Part shown: positions 15,061 through 29,759 of the stretch, piece after piece
Position numbering within the stretch: the stretch's first letter is position 1
Layout of the letters: every line of letters starts with the position of its first letter
DNA from: Octopus vulgaris
Taxonomy: Eukaryota
DNA: 64,000 nt
Reading direction: 5' to 3'
Assembly (NCBI GenBank): GCA_951406725.2
Contig: OX597822.1
Location: 48,608,001-48,672,000, forward strand
Translations under genes and position numbers: made by a program
Notes under the pieces: generated by a model
What the model was told of the DNA's origin: nothing
The model's database searches: none
Seen by the model: the letters and a program-made list of their open reading frames with translations, nothing else

Positions 15061-15635
15061 ATTTATGTACGTATGTGTGTGTATGTATGTAGGTATGTAT
15101 GGACCGTTATCGGCAGAATAGTTCTCAAGATTTAAATTATATAATTGAAGTGCTGTGTAAAACGTACATGCTTCCCTTGACACGTGCACGCATGCACACA
15201 CACACACACACACACACATATGCATATGCGCGCGCACACGCGTGCGTGTTGCATGTTCGACGTTTTTGTGTTGTGTTTCTCTCATAAAATACGGATTTAT
15301 ATTAAAAACGCATTTCTTATTTTCATTCATTCCTATATCTAGGATGCAGAGAACATCTTGCATTCATTCGGGCACCACATTTTTCTTTCTCTGTCTCTCA
15401 CTGTTTCTCTCTCTCTCTGTCTCCCCAATCTCGCCTACCTCTCTCTGCCTCGCTCTCCCCCCAATCTATCCTATCTTTGTCACTCATTCCAATTGCTCCA
15501 TGTTCACATGCACACATGCACACGTACACAAATATATTCCGTCTTTATTTACCCTGCATGCATGTACTTTCCATGTACTTATATATTCATTTATAAGTAT
15601 AAATATGTATATGTATGTGTGGGTCTGTGTGTGTG

Positions 15636-15678
<43 letters not shown>

Positions 15679-16007
15679 GTATGTATATGTATTATATATG
15701 TAGGTATGCATAATGTACATATAGATATATGCCTGTATGTATATATATATATATACATACATACATATATATATAGATATATGTATGTATTTATGTATAT
15801 ATATATATGTATGTATATATATATGCCTGTTTGTATATATATATACATACATATATATATACATATATATATATATATGTATATATGTATATATATATGT
15901 ATATGTATATATATATATATGTATATGTATATATATATGTGTATATATGTATATATATACATATGTATGTATGTATTTATTTATATATATATAGATATGT
16001 ATAATAA

Positions 16008-16186
16008 GAGAGACCAGCATGGTGTGGATGTAAGTGTCTTTAAAGCAAAACTGGATCTCCTGTCACGGGTTCCAGACGAGCCTACTTCACAGTAGGAAAC
16101 ACAGATGAGGGCAGCAGCATCAAACTCCCTCATTCACCAAATGCCACATATTAAAGGAGGTTCCAAATAATGGTGTAGCTCAGTCA

Positions 16187-16190
<4 letters not shown>
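16008..16190 (+). mobile_element. CR1/L2-group LINE, extreme 3' end of ORF2 (pseudogenised)
   Basis: Translates [43 protein letters not shown]; the FKxxLD..VPDEP..RAAxSNSL pattern resembles CR1-group C-termini. Confidence 0.65.
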
Positions 16191-16254
<64 letters not shown>

Positions 16255-16256
<2 letters not shown>

Positions 16257-16450
16257 TGTCTGTGTTTGTACCCAGTGCCATCGCTTGATGACCGATGTTG
16301 GCGTGTTTAAGTCTCGGTGACTAAGCTGTTCAGCAAAAAGACATCGATAGAATAGGCCTACAAAGTATAAGTCGAACGAGATCGACTTATTCTTTGTAAA
16401 TTGGCGGTACTCCAGCATGGTTACTGTCAAAATGGCAGAAACAAATAAAA
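16255..16450 (+). mobile_element. SINE family A, 3' half
   Basis: ACCGATGTTGGCGTGTTTA..CTCCAGCATGG..GAAACAAATAAAA. Confidence 0.75.
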
Positions 16451-16562
16451 TGAATATATATTACGTTTTTATACACTTTTCCTCAATATACGCTTTTTTA
16501 AGTTACCGTACACATACGTACGTACATACATGCATACATACATACATACATACATACATACA

Positions 16563-16594
<32 letters not shown>

Positions 16595-16785
16595 CACACA
16601 CACATACATATATATATACGTATTTGTGTTTATATATTGATATATATATATATAAATATACACACACATATCTGCATAAATACATGTGAAAAGAACATTA
16701 CTATATGTGATTTTATTAATGCATATATATGTATCAACATGTAATAATATTGAGATATATGCATACATATATATGTGTGTGTGCT

Positions 16786-16886
<101 letters not shown>

Positions 16887-16976
16887 TAGATAGATATAGA
16901 TATAGACATCTATATGTATGTATATACATAGTTATGCATGCACATATAATTTTGTATTTCTCTGTGTGTATACGTA

Positions 16977-17022
<46 letters not shown>

Positions 17023-17624
17023 CACATACACGTATATATATAGAGGGTTGGTGCAGAAACAATTGCAATGAATCATTAAAAATGTGTTAAAGAATTTTCT
17101 TTGTATGTGTACACACACAAATACACACACACACACACACGTACACACACACACATATATATATACACATGTTTTCTCGTATATATATTTACAAAGATAG
17201 ATGCATACATATACACACACACACACACCTATATGTGTAAATGTAAAATTTGTATGCGTGTGTATATCAATGTAAATATAACTTATGCTTACATGCATAC
17301 GTTTGTATATTCTTAAACGGACATTGTGCCTATATACATACGTCTCCATCTATCCATCCATCGATATACACACATACATACATACATACATACATACATA
17401 CATACATACATAAATACATACATACATACATGCATACATACATACATACATACATACATACATACATACATACATACATACATACATCTGTCCGTCTATC
17501 CTTCCACCTGTACAAGCATGCATTCATACATACATGCATACTGACAGATGGAGAAACAGACAGACAGACGGACAGACAAATATGCCTACATCCATCCGTC
17601 CTACTGTCGATATATGCATACATG

Positions 17625-17671
<47 letters not shown>

Positions 17672-18084
17672 GGTAGACAGGTAGACAGGTATGTGTTAAA
17701 AAAGATGAAAATTACACGTACAATTTATCCACATGTAGAATGGTACACAGGCACACATACATTCACATACACGCACACACATACATCCACACACACGCAC
17801 ACGCGCACACAGACATACACTTCGCGCATGCACACATAGTTAGATATACAAACAAGAGCACGTGTTCACTCTACACTTGAAACCTCGTTACAGACCCCCC
17901 ACACTTACACATACACGCACTCACCCACATAAGATGCACGTACGCAACTGCACCTGCATGCACGGAAACTAACTGAACAAGGGTGTTGACCCTACGGCTG
18001 CTGCTTCTGCGTAGCGGTTTCGGCCTTCCTGCAAGAGGAGCTAAATCTCCCTCAAATGAAATTGTACTGTCTTATTTTTTTCTG

Positions 18085-18295
18085 CTCTAAGCACAAAGCC
18101 GGAAAATTTTGGGGAGAGGGCCAGTCGATTAAATCGACCCCAGTATGCAACTGGTACTTAATTTATTGAACTCCGGAAAGATGAAAGGCAAAGTCGACCT
18201 CGGGGGAATTTGAACTCAGAATGTAAAGACAGGCGAAATACCGCTAAGCATTTCTCCCGGCTTGCTAAACTTTCTGCCCGATTGCTCTGCCTTAT
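18085..18295 (-). mobile_element. SINE family B (tRNA-like head, conserved central domain)
   Basis: TCGACCCCAG..CTGGTACTTAATTTAT..GATGAAAGGCAAAGTCGACCTCGG..TTTGAACTCAGAA, seen more than 15 times in the window. Confidence 0.85.
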
Positions 18296-18320
18296 TGATT
18301 AAGGCAAGTATACATTGGTT

Positions 18321-18477
18321 CAGAGGGCGGTCTGAGCCGTCGGTCAATCGAGCGCTGCCCGAGGGCCCGGAGCTCTGAAGGGCCCGCTGTCTACATGTTA
18401 ACACTAGTGATATAAATGCTAAGGGGTCCGGTAAACAGTTATGCACGTGGGCCCTTAATACTCTCAGTCCGTCCCTG
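18321..18477. mobile_element. hAT-type MITE (157 bp)
   Basis: Imperfect TIRs CAGAGGGCGGTCTGAG / CTCAGTCCGTCCCTG; 8-bp TSD CATTGGTT (18313-18320) / CATTGGCT (18478-18485); an 8-bp TSD with CAG ends is characteristic of hAT. Confidence 0.75.
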
Positions 18478-19162
18478 CATTGGCTTATGGAATATTTAAA
18501 ACGGGACGGTCGCGACTGGAACACTTTTCACTGTAAGCCGGCTTTATCAGAATCACCTCAAAGTTAAATAACAACAATAACTCTGGGAATGCCACCACAT
18601 GCTCGATTGACATGCAAGACATAGCTGCCAAACATACCTAAAATCAAATCCCAGGATCAAAGGTCTCGAGGGTACACCCAATAAAATGTAATTATAGGGT
18701 ACGCTATTTATCCAGCTTCTTCTCTACCCACTGTTCAAGAGGAAGGTCCATTGGGGTAGAATCCTTATTCCCCACCCCGTTGGTTTCTATTAGAAGCAAA
18801 CCTCAGTGCCCTTCCCGGCTGGACTCCTCAACATGACCAAATGAAGCTAGGATATTATCCAACCATCTTGCTCTTCTTGGTCTATCTAGCGTTGAATTAA
18901 CTATTAAGCAAAATGAGCACATGTTTAGGGCACCAAAGGAAGAGAGAGGGAACGACAGAAATGGTAAATGGCTTACATCACAAAAGAGATCATCTTAAAT
19001 TTGCTAAAATAATATTTGAAGTGGTTTATATAATCGGAAATATAAATTACCAGGTATGTTGCATAAAATTAATTTTGAGGATCTAATCAAAGACTTTGCA
19101 CTTAAAAAAAGATGGAAAAAACTTTTCAACTGTAAAGTGGAAATATGCAAAAATAAGCATTA

Positions 19163-19616
19163 TTACCAACCACATGGTTCCGGGTTCAGTCCCACTGCGT
19201 GAAACCTCGGGCAAGTGTCTTCTAATATAGCTTCGGGCCGACCAAAGCCTTGTGAGTGGATTTGGTAGACGGAAACTGGAATAGGCCCCTCGTATATATA
19301 TAAATATATACATATAAGAATTTTTTGCGTAATAAGATAAAAAACCAAGGCTGTGTAGATATTAGAGCATTTATGGATAGAAGGTCTTAAGGCTGTTTCT
19401 AGGATATTTATTAATTATATCCCCTCATCGGAGACGGTGTGAGAGGATAGTTAAGTCATAGTTAGATTAGATGTAATATGAAATAGAGAGTGGGATGGAG
19501 GAAAGAAAAGAGATGCAAGATATGTATGGGTATTGAAGTTGTAAATCCATTTTTAGGCATAATGGTATATATGCAATATTCCAATATCCTATGAGTAAAG
19601 TCCAAAAGTCCAACAG

Positions 19617-19699
<83 letters not shown>

Positions 19700-19895
19700 T
19701 GTGTGTATCCCCTCCAACATCACTTGGCAACGGTGGTGTGTTTACGTCCCCGTATCTTAGCGGTTCGGCAAAACGAGACCGAAAGAAAAAGTTATAGGTT
19801 TACAAAAAATGTCCTGGGGTCGATTTGCTTGACTAAAAGCGGGGCTCCAGCATGGCCACAGTCAAAATGACTGAAACAAGTAAAAGAAAAGAATA
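19163..19895 (+). mobile_element. SINE family A split by a ~300-bp insert in its internal microsatellite
   Basis: 5' half 19163-19295, foreign sequence ~19317-19617 flanked by (TA)n, 3' half ~19690-19895 in the same orientation. Confidence 0.75.
19383..19435 (-). ncRNA. Degenerate type-I hammerhead ribozyme motif (Penelope-like)
   Basis: Minus strand reads GTCT-CCGATGA-GGGGATAT..ATATCCTA-GAAAC-AGCC-TTA-AGAC; stem I GTCT/AGAC and stem II pair; core U4 and the cleavage triplet are mutated. Confidence 0.6.
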
Positions 19896-19903
19896 AAATA
19901 ATA

Positions 19904-19939
<36 letters not shown>

Positions 19940-20067
19940 GGGGCGGGGGCACCAAAATCGTTTTAAACGCTGGGTTTTAAACAGGCCGTGGGTCTACAAG
20001 TAGGGTTCCTACTAATAGGCTCAGCTAGAAGAACCCGTCTTATCACATGTCGGTTGGTACCGACGGG

Positions 20068-20183
20068 TAAGCCTAGTACTTATTCTATCGTTCTCGTTTT
20101 GCCGAACCAATAGGTTACGGGGACGTAAACACACCAGCACCGGTTGTCAAGCGATGGCGGGGGGGGGGACAAACACAGGCATA

Positions 20184-20247
<64 letters not shown>

Positions 20248-20820
20248 CGTTCACACAGGTTTCTTTCACACACACACGGGTTTCTTTCAGTTTCCGTCTA
20301 CCAAATCCACTCACAAGTCTTTGGTTAGCCCGAAGCTATAGTCGAAGCTATGCCAAGGTGCCATGCAGTGGAACTGAACTCGGAACCATGTGGTTGGTAA
20401 ACAAGCTACTTTCCACACAGCCACTGCTGTGCCTATATATTGTTTTCTTTCTTTTGTACACTTTTACATCTTTCAGTCATCAGATTGCGACCACGCTGGG
20501 GCACCGCTTTGAAGCATTGTTAGTCGACTCCAGTAATTCTTTTTTCACTGTTTTTGTCCTGCTTCTTATTCTATCTGTGTATTTTGCCAAACTGCTAAAT
20601 TACAGGGACGGTAACTCACCAACACCGGTCGTCAAGCAGTGATGGGAGACAAGCACAAAGACGTACATATATGACGGGCTTCTTTCAATTTCCGTCTACC
20701 AAATCCATTCATATGAGCTTTATTCGGTTATAGTAGAAGACAATTCCCAAAGGTGCCACGCAGTGGGACTGAACCTGGAACAATGTGGTTGTGAAGCACA
20801 CATCCTACACTACTGCGCCA
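20068..20820 (-). mobile_element. Two tandem SINE family A copies
   Basis: 20068-20433 and 20460-20820 each match the reverse complement of 62050-62460. Confidence 0.85.
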
Positions 20821-20829
20821 ATTAACATG

Positions 20830-21090
20830 CCCCTAGCTGAGCATTCCACAGACACGCGTACCCTTAGCTTAGTTCTCGAGGTGGTTTAGAGTGACACAGA
20901 TCGTGCCAGTGAAGTGGCAAGGTACAGGTGTAATTCATTTGTGGCAATTACAGGTAAAACTCATGTTTTGCTTGCTCAGTGGACTGGAGCCACTAAAAAA
21001 AATGAAGGATCTTGCTCAAAGAGACGATTCACCACCAGGAATTGAACTCAGGAGTTTACCATCATAAGTCGAATACCCTAACCATTTAAA
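20830..21090 (-). mobile_element. SINE with a 2323-type head and a family C tail
   Basis: Reverse complement contains TAAGGGTACGCGTGTCTGTGGAATGCTCAGC (compare 38691-38721) and the B box GAGTTCAATTCC. Confidence 0.65.
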
Positions 21091-21099
21091 CACACGTTT

Positions 21100-21320
21100 A
21101 TGAAGGCGATCTGGCAGAGTCGTAAAGCACGCCGGATAAAATGCTTAGCTGCATTTCGTCCGTCTTTGCGTTCTGAGTTCAAATTCCTCCGAGGGCGACT
21201 TTACCTTTCATCTTATTGGGGTCGATAAATTAAGTACCAGTAAAACACAGGGGTCGATCTAAACAACTAGTCCCCCCCCGCCCCAGATTATAGGCCTTAT
21301 GCCTTTAGTAGAAAAGATTA
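21100..21320 (+). mobile_element. SINE family B ending in (TTA)n
   Basis: CTGGCAGAGTCGT..GAGTTCAAATTCC..GGGTCGATAAATTAAGTACCAG. Confidence 0.85.
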
Positions 21321-21764
21321 TTATTATTATTATTATTATTATTATCATCGTTGTTGTTATTGTTATTGTTGTTGTTGTATTTGCAAAACGCTTGTAAGCT
21401 GTCTAATTCTTTCGATTTCCGACCTAACCACTTCGGCATTTACGAACGCAAGCCTCCGGTACACCAATGATTCTAAACAATACGTGTATATTTATAATTT
21501 GCACAGAAAAGCTGTGAGTTTAAAAGTAGCTTACACATAAATATTGTGTTTCTCACAGATTTCGAGGAAGATGTTCACATCTGCAGTGAAGCTGACCTCT
21601 ATAACAGTACATATTGTGCTGTTTTTTTTTGTTTTTTTTTTGTTTCTTGACAGAAATAACTATATCAGGCTTTATGATCATAATTTGTTGGAAGTTTGGA
21701 TGGGAAAGCTCCATCAATATTCCTGTTGTTGCGAAGTATTTATATTTCTATATTCGGCAACACA

Positions 21765-21800
<36 letters not shown>

Positions 21801-22197
21801 TGTATGTATGTATGTATGTATGTATGTATGTATGTACGTACGTACGTACGTATGTATGTACACAAATATATATATATGTGTGTGTGTGTGTGTGTACAAA
21901 TACATACATATATATATATTTATACATATGTATATATGTGTGTATGTGTGTGTATATACACACACACACCTATGTACACATATATTTACATGTATATATT
22001 ATATATGTGCATATACAGTTATGCGTGTACATAGATATGTAGAGATAGATATTTTATATATTAATATATAGATTTGTGTGTGTGTGTGCATACACACGTG
22101 TAGACTCGCATATATATATATATATATGTGTGTGTGTGTATACACACACACACACACACACACGTATATATACGCACACACTCAAACGAGGGGCTGT

Positions 22198-22585
22198 AGA
22201 CGCAGGAATGGCTGTGTAGTAAGTAGATTGCTTACCAACAACATAGTTCCGGGTTCAGTCCCACTGCGTGGCTCCTTGGACATGTGTTTTCTGCTATAGT
22301 TTCCGGCCGACCAGAACTTGTGAATGGATTTGTAGACGGAAACTGGGGGAAGCCCGTCGTATGTATATGAGTGTATATGATTGTGTCTCTGTGTTTGTCA
22401 TTCACATTCGCTTGACAACCGATGCTCGTGTGTTTGCGCCCTCGTAACTTAGCGGCACGGCATAAGGGACCGAGAGAATATGTACTGCTTCTTACAAAGA
22501 ACGAGTCCTGTGGTCGATTGTTCGACTAAAGGCTGTGCTCGAGCATGGCCGCGCTCAAATGACTGAAACAAATAAAAGAATAAAT
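22198..22585 (+). mobile_element. Full-length SINE family A
   Basis: Collinear with 62050-62478. Confidence 0.9.
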
Positions 22586-22620
22586 GAATACATACACATA
22601 TACGCATACATAAGTATGTA

Positions 22621-22661
<41 letters not shown>

Positions 22662-23046
22662 AAAAAATGAAGTTCGAAAATGCTGCTGTATTATACAATT
22701 TTTAATTTTTATATATACATTATAACATGTTTCAGTTCCTGAAATGAACCTTATCAAAAAAAGTTATATATAAAAAGAGACAGCTCATGCCGTCAAACAC
22801 AAGAAATTCATTTATAATACACAACGGAGATATAATACACATCTTAGAGTTCATGTATAGTTGATATATAGTTCATGTATAGTTGATATATAGTTTGAAG
22901 TATATGTTCAAAGTGTTCGATGCAGTGGCCCACGGTGGCGATACGTATTCAATACAAAAAACAGATCAAAGTGGTGGAAAGCGGTCAATACAGAAGATTG
23001 ATGTTTCCGAAAGAGCGAGGAATTCATTTTTACCTTAAGCAATTGT

Positions 23047-23078
<32 letters not shown>

Positions 23079-23267
23079 ATAATATATATATTTACATATA
23101 TACATATATATATGTATGTATATATATACCCACACAATAATATATATATTTACATATATACATATATATATGTATGTATATATGTGTATATACACGCATA
23201 TACATGTGTATGTATATATGTGTATATATACATGCATATGTACATATACATTCATATATATATATAA

Positions 23268-23306
<39 letters not shown>

Positions 23307-23730
23307 GTATATACATGTATATACATGTGTATATATATATACATGCATACGTGCATGTACATTCATATATATATATGAGTATGTATATATATATATATAT
23401 ACACATATGCTAACCATCAGTTGATGCATACAATACATATGTATATGTATGTATGTGTATATATACATATAAATGTGTATGTGTGAGTTGGGGTACATGT
23501 GTATAATATGTGTATGATAATGACGCAAATATCACAACAGCTATATTGCACTTCCGGTTTAGTGTCAAAATCCTGTCACTTGACAATTAGATATCCGTAT
23601 GTATTCTTTTGCTGCAGCTGAAACCTAGAAACGAAATTGTTTTGCTTCCATGCAGTTTGCAGAAACCAGTAGATACGTACACACAGGTGCTACATACAGC
23701 CGTACGTACATACATACATACATACATACA

Positions 23731-23761
<31 letters not shown>

Positions 23762-23989
23762 GCTATGTACGTGCATACGTACATACATGCGTACATGCAT
23801 TTATGTATATATGCATGTATGTAAGTGTGTATATTTGCGCATATATTCATGTGTGTGTGTATGTCATATGTACCAAACGTGCAGATGTACGCACATATAC
23901 ATATGTGTGTATATAAAATATATATATACATACATATATACATACATACATACATGCATGTATATATACATACCTACATACATATATAC

Positions 23990-24031
<42 letters not shown>

Positions 24032-24324
24032 CGTCACATAATGACCGCATTATTTTCTCATCGATTATCCAGCCTGTTGTTAACGGTCAGTGGATTTGAA
24101 ATATTCTATGTCATAAACTGGCAAAATATAATGGTAATCCTATTCAATTGTCCGGACAATCCTAGTTCTAATGTCCAGATTGATCGGGACAGCTGACGCT
24201 CTCTGCTCAGCAGAACCGATTCAGTTTTATCAGGGGGACGTGTTTGCATGAGAAGGAGAATAAAGGGTGTAGTGAGAAGCTAGGGGTTATACTGAAAAGT
24301 TAAGTAGAAGCGGAGAGAAGTCAG

Positions 24325-24515
24325 ATATTGGTTTCAAATCTTGGTACAAGGCCAGCAAGATTGGGGGATGGGATGAATCGATTCCATCGACCCCAGTACT
24401 CAATTGGTACTTATTTTATGGAGCCAGAAATGTTAAAAGGAAAAGTCGATTTCGGTGTAATTTGAACACAGAATGTAAAGACGGACGAAATGTCGCTAAG
24501 CATTCTGCCAGCTGG
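24325..24515 (-). mobile_element. SINE family B
   Basis: ATCGACCCCAGTAC..GGTACTTATTTTAT..TTTGAACACAGAATGTAAAGACGGACGAAATG. Confidence 0.8.
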
Positions 24516-24699
24516 CCACCCTCTGATTAGCCATATATTAAGTGACTGCTCAGGCCTTGGGTATTTGCAGGCTTATATTCATGTCAGACGGAATGTTATA
24601 TCATTTTGTACACATATAGACGTGTATAAACCGACAGGAGTCCTGTAGTTCCGGTCTACCTAATTTGAGACACAAAACTGGAGCTGATCCAAGGCTTAA

Positions 24700-25062
24700 C
24701 ATTTACTTGTTTCAGTCATTGGATTTCGGCCGTGCTGGGGCACCGCCCTGAAAGGTTTTAATCGAATAAATCGATACCGGTACCTTTTTAAAGTCTGGTA
24801 CTTATTCTGTCGGTCCTTTTGCCGAACCGCTAGGCTACGGGTCGTATACAAATCAACAACAGTTGTGAAGCTGTCATAGAAGACAAATACAAAGACGTAG
24901 GCACACATACTTCTTCCAGTTTCCGTCTACAAAATTCATAGATAAGGCCTTGCTTAGCCCGAAGCTATTGTAGAAAATACTTGCACAAGTTTCCAGGCAG
25001 TGGAATTGAACCAGAAACCATGTGCTTGAGAAACAGGCTTCTTATCACACGGCCACGACTGC
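24700..25062 (-). mobile_element. SINE family A
   Basis: TACTTGTTTCAGTCATT..GAACCGCTAG..CAGTTTCCGTCTAC..TTGAACC. Confidence 0.8.
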
Positions 25063-25481
25063 GCATATTGGAAAAATAAGGAAAAAAAAAAGAAAAGCTG
25101 CCCAAGACGTCATACAACGGGATTGAACGCAGGAACATATTGAAGCGAACCAAGCTTTATAACCAATGAGCCACGACTTAGTCCTATATATATATATATA
25201 TATTAACTACGCATGACGCAATCGTCTGCTCCTCTTTAACGTGGTCTTGTGCCTATCTAGGATAGAAATCAGCAATGCATTTCTATATTCTAACCTCGAG
25301 GTGGGATTTTCCTTTCATCTGCCGGTGATCAATAAAATAAGTGCGATATGATGAGTTCAGAACTGAGGTCGATATAATCGATAGACACCCCAACATCAAA
25401 CCAATACAAATATATATTTATAAATATATATATATATGTGTGTTTGTATGCTTGTGTTAAAGATCGAAATCAATTTGAATA

Positions 25482-25598
25482 TTTTTCTGTGATTTCTGTT
25501 ATATTTGTTTTTAATTAACGTAAATTAAAATAATACACATAAATACAAAGAGACATGTATATATATATAAACACAAATACATATATATACATATACAT

Positions 25599-25632
<34 letters not shown>

Positions 25633-25717
25633 GTGTGTGTATGTATATATACATACATACATACATATATATACACCCACATAAGACATTCTATATGTTT
25701 CATGTGATACATATGTT

Positions 25718-25804
<87 letters not shown>

Positions 25805-25885
25805 GTTGTTTTTTCTGTGATTTCTGTTATATTTGTTTTTAATTAACGTAAATTGAAATAAAATACATAAATACAAAGAGACGCA
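25482..25885. repeat. ~75-bp direct repeat flanking a TA tract
   Basis: TTTTTCTGTGATTTCTGTTATATTTGTTTTTAATTAACGTAAATT..ATAAATACAAAGAGAC at ~25482-25553 and ~25810-25882. Confidence 0.85.
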
Positions 25886-25896
25886 TATATATATAC

Positions 25897-25931
<35 letters not shown>

Positions 25932-26084
25932 ATTTCAACAATTGAGGGTAAAATTAATTAATTAATTATTAATCAATTTCACCAAGTGTTCAGTATGTAA
26001 AGGGACCATTTAAGGCGAATTCAAATTATATATATATATATAATAGTGTAATGAATAAAATATATGCATACATACATACATATA

Positions 26085-26300
26085 TGTACGTACCTACATC
26101 TACATGTATATATACATGCATATATAAATATATATACGTGAGTACAGGACACCACAAATAGACGTAGAACTCAACGAGAAACGAAAACGTAAAAACAAGC
26201 ATGGACGGACCATTTTTTTACAACGAAAAAACAGAGTACAAGACAAACTACACAAGGAAAAATCCCCTTCATCAGCTGTCCCTAGTTCAACTCCAGCGTG
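26085..26300 (-). mobile_element. TA-embedded repeat, same family as 10185-10392
   Basis: Reverse-complement similarity including CTGATGAAGGGGATTTT. Confidence 0.6.
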
Positions 26301-26567
26301 TGATATATGCATATATATATGTGTATGTATCTATATACCTATGCACACACACACACACACACACACGTATATATATATATATTTATGCATATATATATAT
26401 ATATGCATGTTTATATGTATATATGCATATATATATTTATACACACACACACACACACACACAAGATATTCAATGTACACACACACACACTCATATAGAT
26501 ATGCATAGATATAAAAGTATACGTATACTTGTATACACAGATATTTCCATATACATATATATACATA

Positions 26568-26608
<41 letters not shown>

Positions 26609-26677
26609 TCACATACATATGTATATATGCGCATATATGTGTACATACACACAAACATATATACATATATATATATG

Positions 26678-26722
<45 letters not shown>

Positions 26723-27086
26723 AATTGTATAGGATGTATGCATATATGTAGATGTATATAATCGAAATATCATAAAGAAGGATTATACATCGGAAAAATA
26801 TATTTTTACGGTTTTATTCTCATTAATTCCAACCCGACACGTGTTTCTGTTGCATAATTGTCCCAGTGTCCTTTGATGTGGTATTTATGTACATTTAGTT
26901 GGTTCAGTCGCAGTACATATTCCATCCAGGATAGTCATTCCTATACAGCGTTGTTCAATGTTTTATCCTTGCGTTCCTATCATTCGATGTGGTTAGCCAT
27001 ATCTCCATTATCTCAGAGTATTAAGAAGGTACCTTATCCGGATTACAAAATCCCTATTCCATTACCTTATATTTACACACACACAC

Positions 27087-27130
<44 letters not shown>

Positions 27131-27308
27131 GTGTGCGTTTGTGTGTAGGCGTGTGTGCGTGTGCATGTATATACATATATGTTTGGCGAGAGAGTGAAAG
27201 AGAGAGATATGTATATGCATATATGTGTATATATATACATGCATGCATACATACATATATGTACATTATATATATATACATATATATATATACATATATA
27301 TATATACA

Positions 27309-27347
<39 letters not shown>

Positions 27348-27483
27348 CATATATATATACATACATATATACATATATATATACGTATATATATATATAT
27401 ACATATATATATACATATATATACGTATATATATACGTATATATATACGTATATATATATGCATACATATGTATACATATATA

Positions 27484-27590
<107 letters not shown>

Positions 27591-27672
27591 AGAATTTACA
27601 CAAAACAAGAGGAAGACGTGTGTGTAAACAACAAACAGATGTATTAGTAAGACGCTCGTGAAGTGAGAAAGT

Positions 27673-27708
27673 CTTTTACGTTTCGAGCCTACGCTCTTCA
27701 ACAGAAAG
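27673..27708 (-). ncRNA. Minimal hammerhead-like motif in a TA-embedded repeat (27587-27790)
   Basis: Minus strand reads CTTT-CTGTTGA-A-GAGC gtag GCTC-GAAAC-GTA-AAAG; stems I and II are perfect, stem III is reduced to palindromic ACGT, core A6 is T. Confidence 0.6.
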
Positions 27709-28124
27709 GAACACAGAAATAAACAGGGAGAGAAAATAGAAAAAGGTTTAGTGGCTAACGATCTCTCATGGCGAATGCCGGACCTGTGGCATGAATATAT
27801 ATGTATCTATAAATATATATGGATATATATGGATATATGGATATATATCCACATAACAACTACCAATACTAAAACAAGCAGAACTAGTAACGCCGCCGCC
27901 AATACCACCACCGCTACCGCCACAACTCCTGAAACTCCCTACGCCTCCCCACCCCATATCAACACTCCCCGTGCACTCCGCCTCAACCCCTAACCCCACC
28001 ACGCACCGACTCTTGTCAGTTTTGAGTAGTGATTTGTAAACAACCTGTCATGCATTGTAAGCCGTTTACTCGCCCTCTTCACGCTGAAGACCACTTCACA
28101 GCACACAGACATACTCGCAATAAC

Positions 28125-28196
<72 letters not shown>

Positions 28197-28519
28197 ATGC
28201 GTGTGTTACAGGTAGAAAGAAGCAAATGTACCTTGAGTATACATCATATATTCACGTGGATTCTCTTATAAACTGGTGTATGTGTGTGTGTATATGTATC
28301 TATGCGTGCGTGTTTGTGTGCGTGTGTGTGTTCATGAATATATGTCAAGTGTTTACAGTATGTTTATATTCACAGTATGTATGTCGTGTGCGCTTGTAAT
28401 ATGTACACAATATATTTTGTTGTGTAGGCATTGTATAACCTGTTTATAAGTATAACGGTACATGCACCTATATAAATATAAATATATGGACATATACGGC
28501 TGCGTGCGTGACGTGTGTT

Positions 28520-28576
<57 letters not shown>

Positions 28577-28646
28577 ATATATATATACATACATACATAA
28601 ATACATACATACATATGCATATAAATATATATATATATATACATAC

Positions 28647-28679
<33 letters not shown>

Positions 28680-28732
28680 CATATATATATTATATAAATA
28701 TATATATATATATTTATATACATATATATATA

Positions 28733-28790
<58 letters not shown>

Positions 28791-28809
28791 ATGTATGTAT
28801 GTATGATGT

Positions 28810-29212
28810 ATTCTCTTGTCGTGAACGACAAATGAGAGAGTTCAGTAAAATAAAGCATTGCTCACGTCCTATGGACACGAACGTATCTCTTGAGGCCTGC
28901 TGGCCTTCTTGCAAACCTTTTTGCAAATGGAACAAGTTGAGGATTCAGTTTGCTTGAGTGTTTGTAGATGATTTACTATGCGTTTTGTTTTGAGTTGACA
29001 GCAAGGCCTGCTTTGCTTCGTGTCACAAAACCACAACGACAGGTAAAGTCTCCATTCAGAGGAGCAGTGTGTGTTTTGCTAGCGCGCCTTCATGCTTGTA
29101 TGAAGTTGGTCCCGGTGTTGGTGTCGATTTTGCTCAAATCTTTGAACTGATGTGAAGCGAGGGTGCCTTGACATGACTGTTGGTGTTTTTCAACGCTTGT
29201 CGCCTGAAACGC
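28810..29212 (-). mobile_element. RTE-clade LINE 3' remnant
   Basis: Minus strand translates SVQRFEQNRHQHRDQL.. and, after a frameshift, RRASKTHTAPLNGDFTCRCGFVTRSKAGLAVNSK, like the FE..R..K..FxCxCG..SxAGLxxH C-terminus of RTE ORFs. Confidence 0.6.
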
Positions 29213-29759
29213 TAAAACGAGTAACTTATTCAACGACAAATCGCAGTGAATCCGGTCTTTGTACAAGTCATATATCTCCCAAACATATTTGAACCGACCT
29301 AAAGGCTAGGTACAAGGCCGCCAATTTTCAGAGGAGCTGGTCAGTCGATACTATCAAGCTCAGTGCTTGATTATCTGCTTGTCGTACAATTCCACCTTCA
29401 CATGGCGTGGTTATTGATATTATAGCATGACAAACTAGAGCATGTTTGTTCAGCAATAACCTCGAGTTGAACCAAAGTTTTGTTCTAGTGCCGCCTACAT
29501 GGGATCAGCGATGATACCATTCTTCCCCCATTAAATCATACAAAAGACCCAGAGAAGAGAACGACAGACGGGACGAACTGGAGAAATTCTTCAGTTTGCG
29601 AAATTAAAAATCGAACAGCTTCACTGCATAATTAATGAAATACGACTTGATTAAATGCTTAATTATTTGAGATGAGATATTCTTAATAAGATTTTAATTT
29701 TTCAGACTATTGACCTAATTTTAAGAGATAGAGCATTTTTTGTTTTATCATTATTATGT

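Noticed and set aside
27983-27998. Telomere-like CCCTAACCCC
   Set aside because: A single unit within a C-rich stretch.
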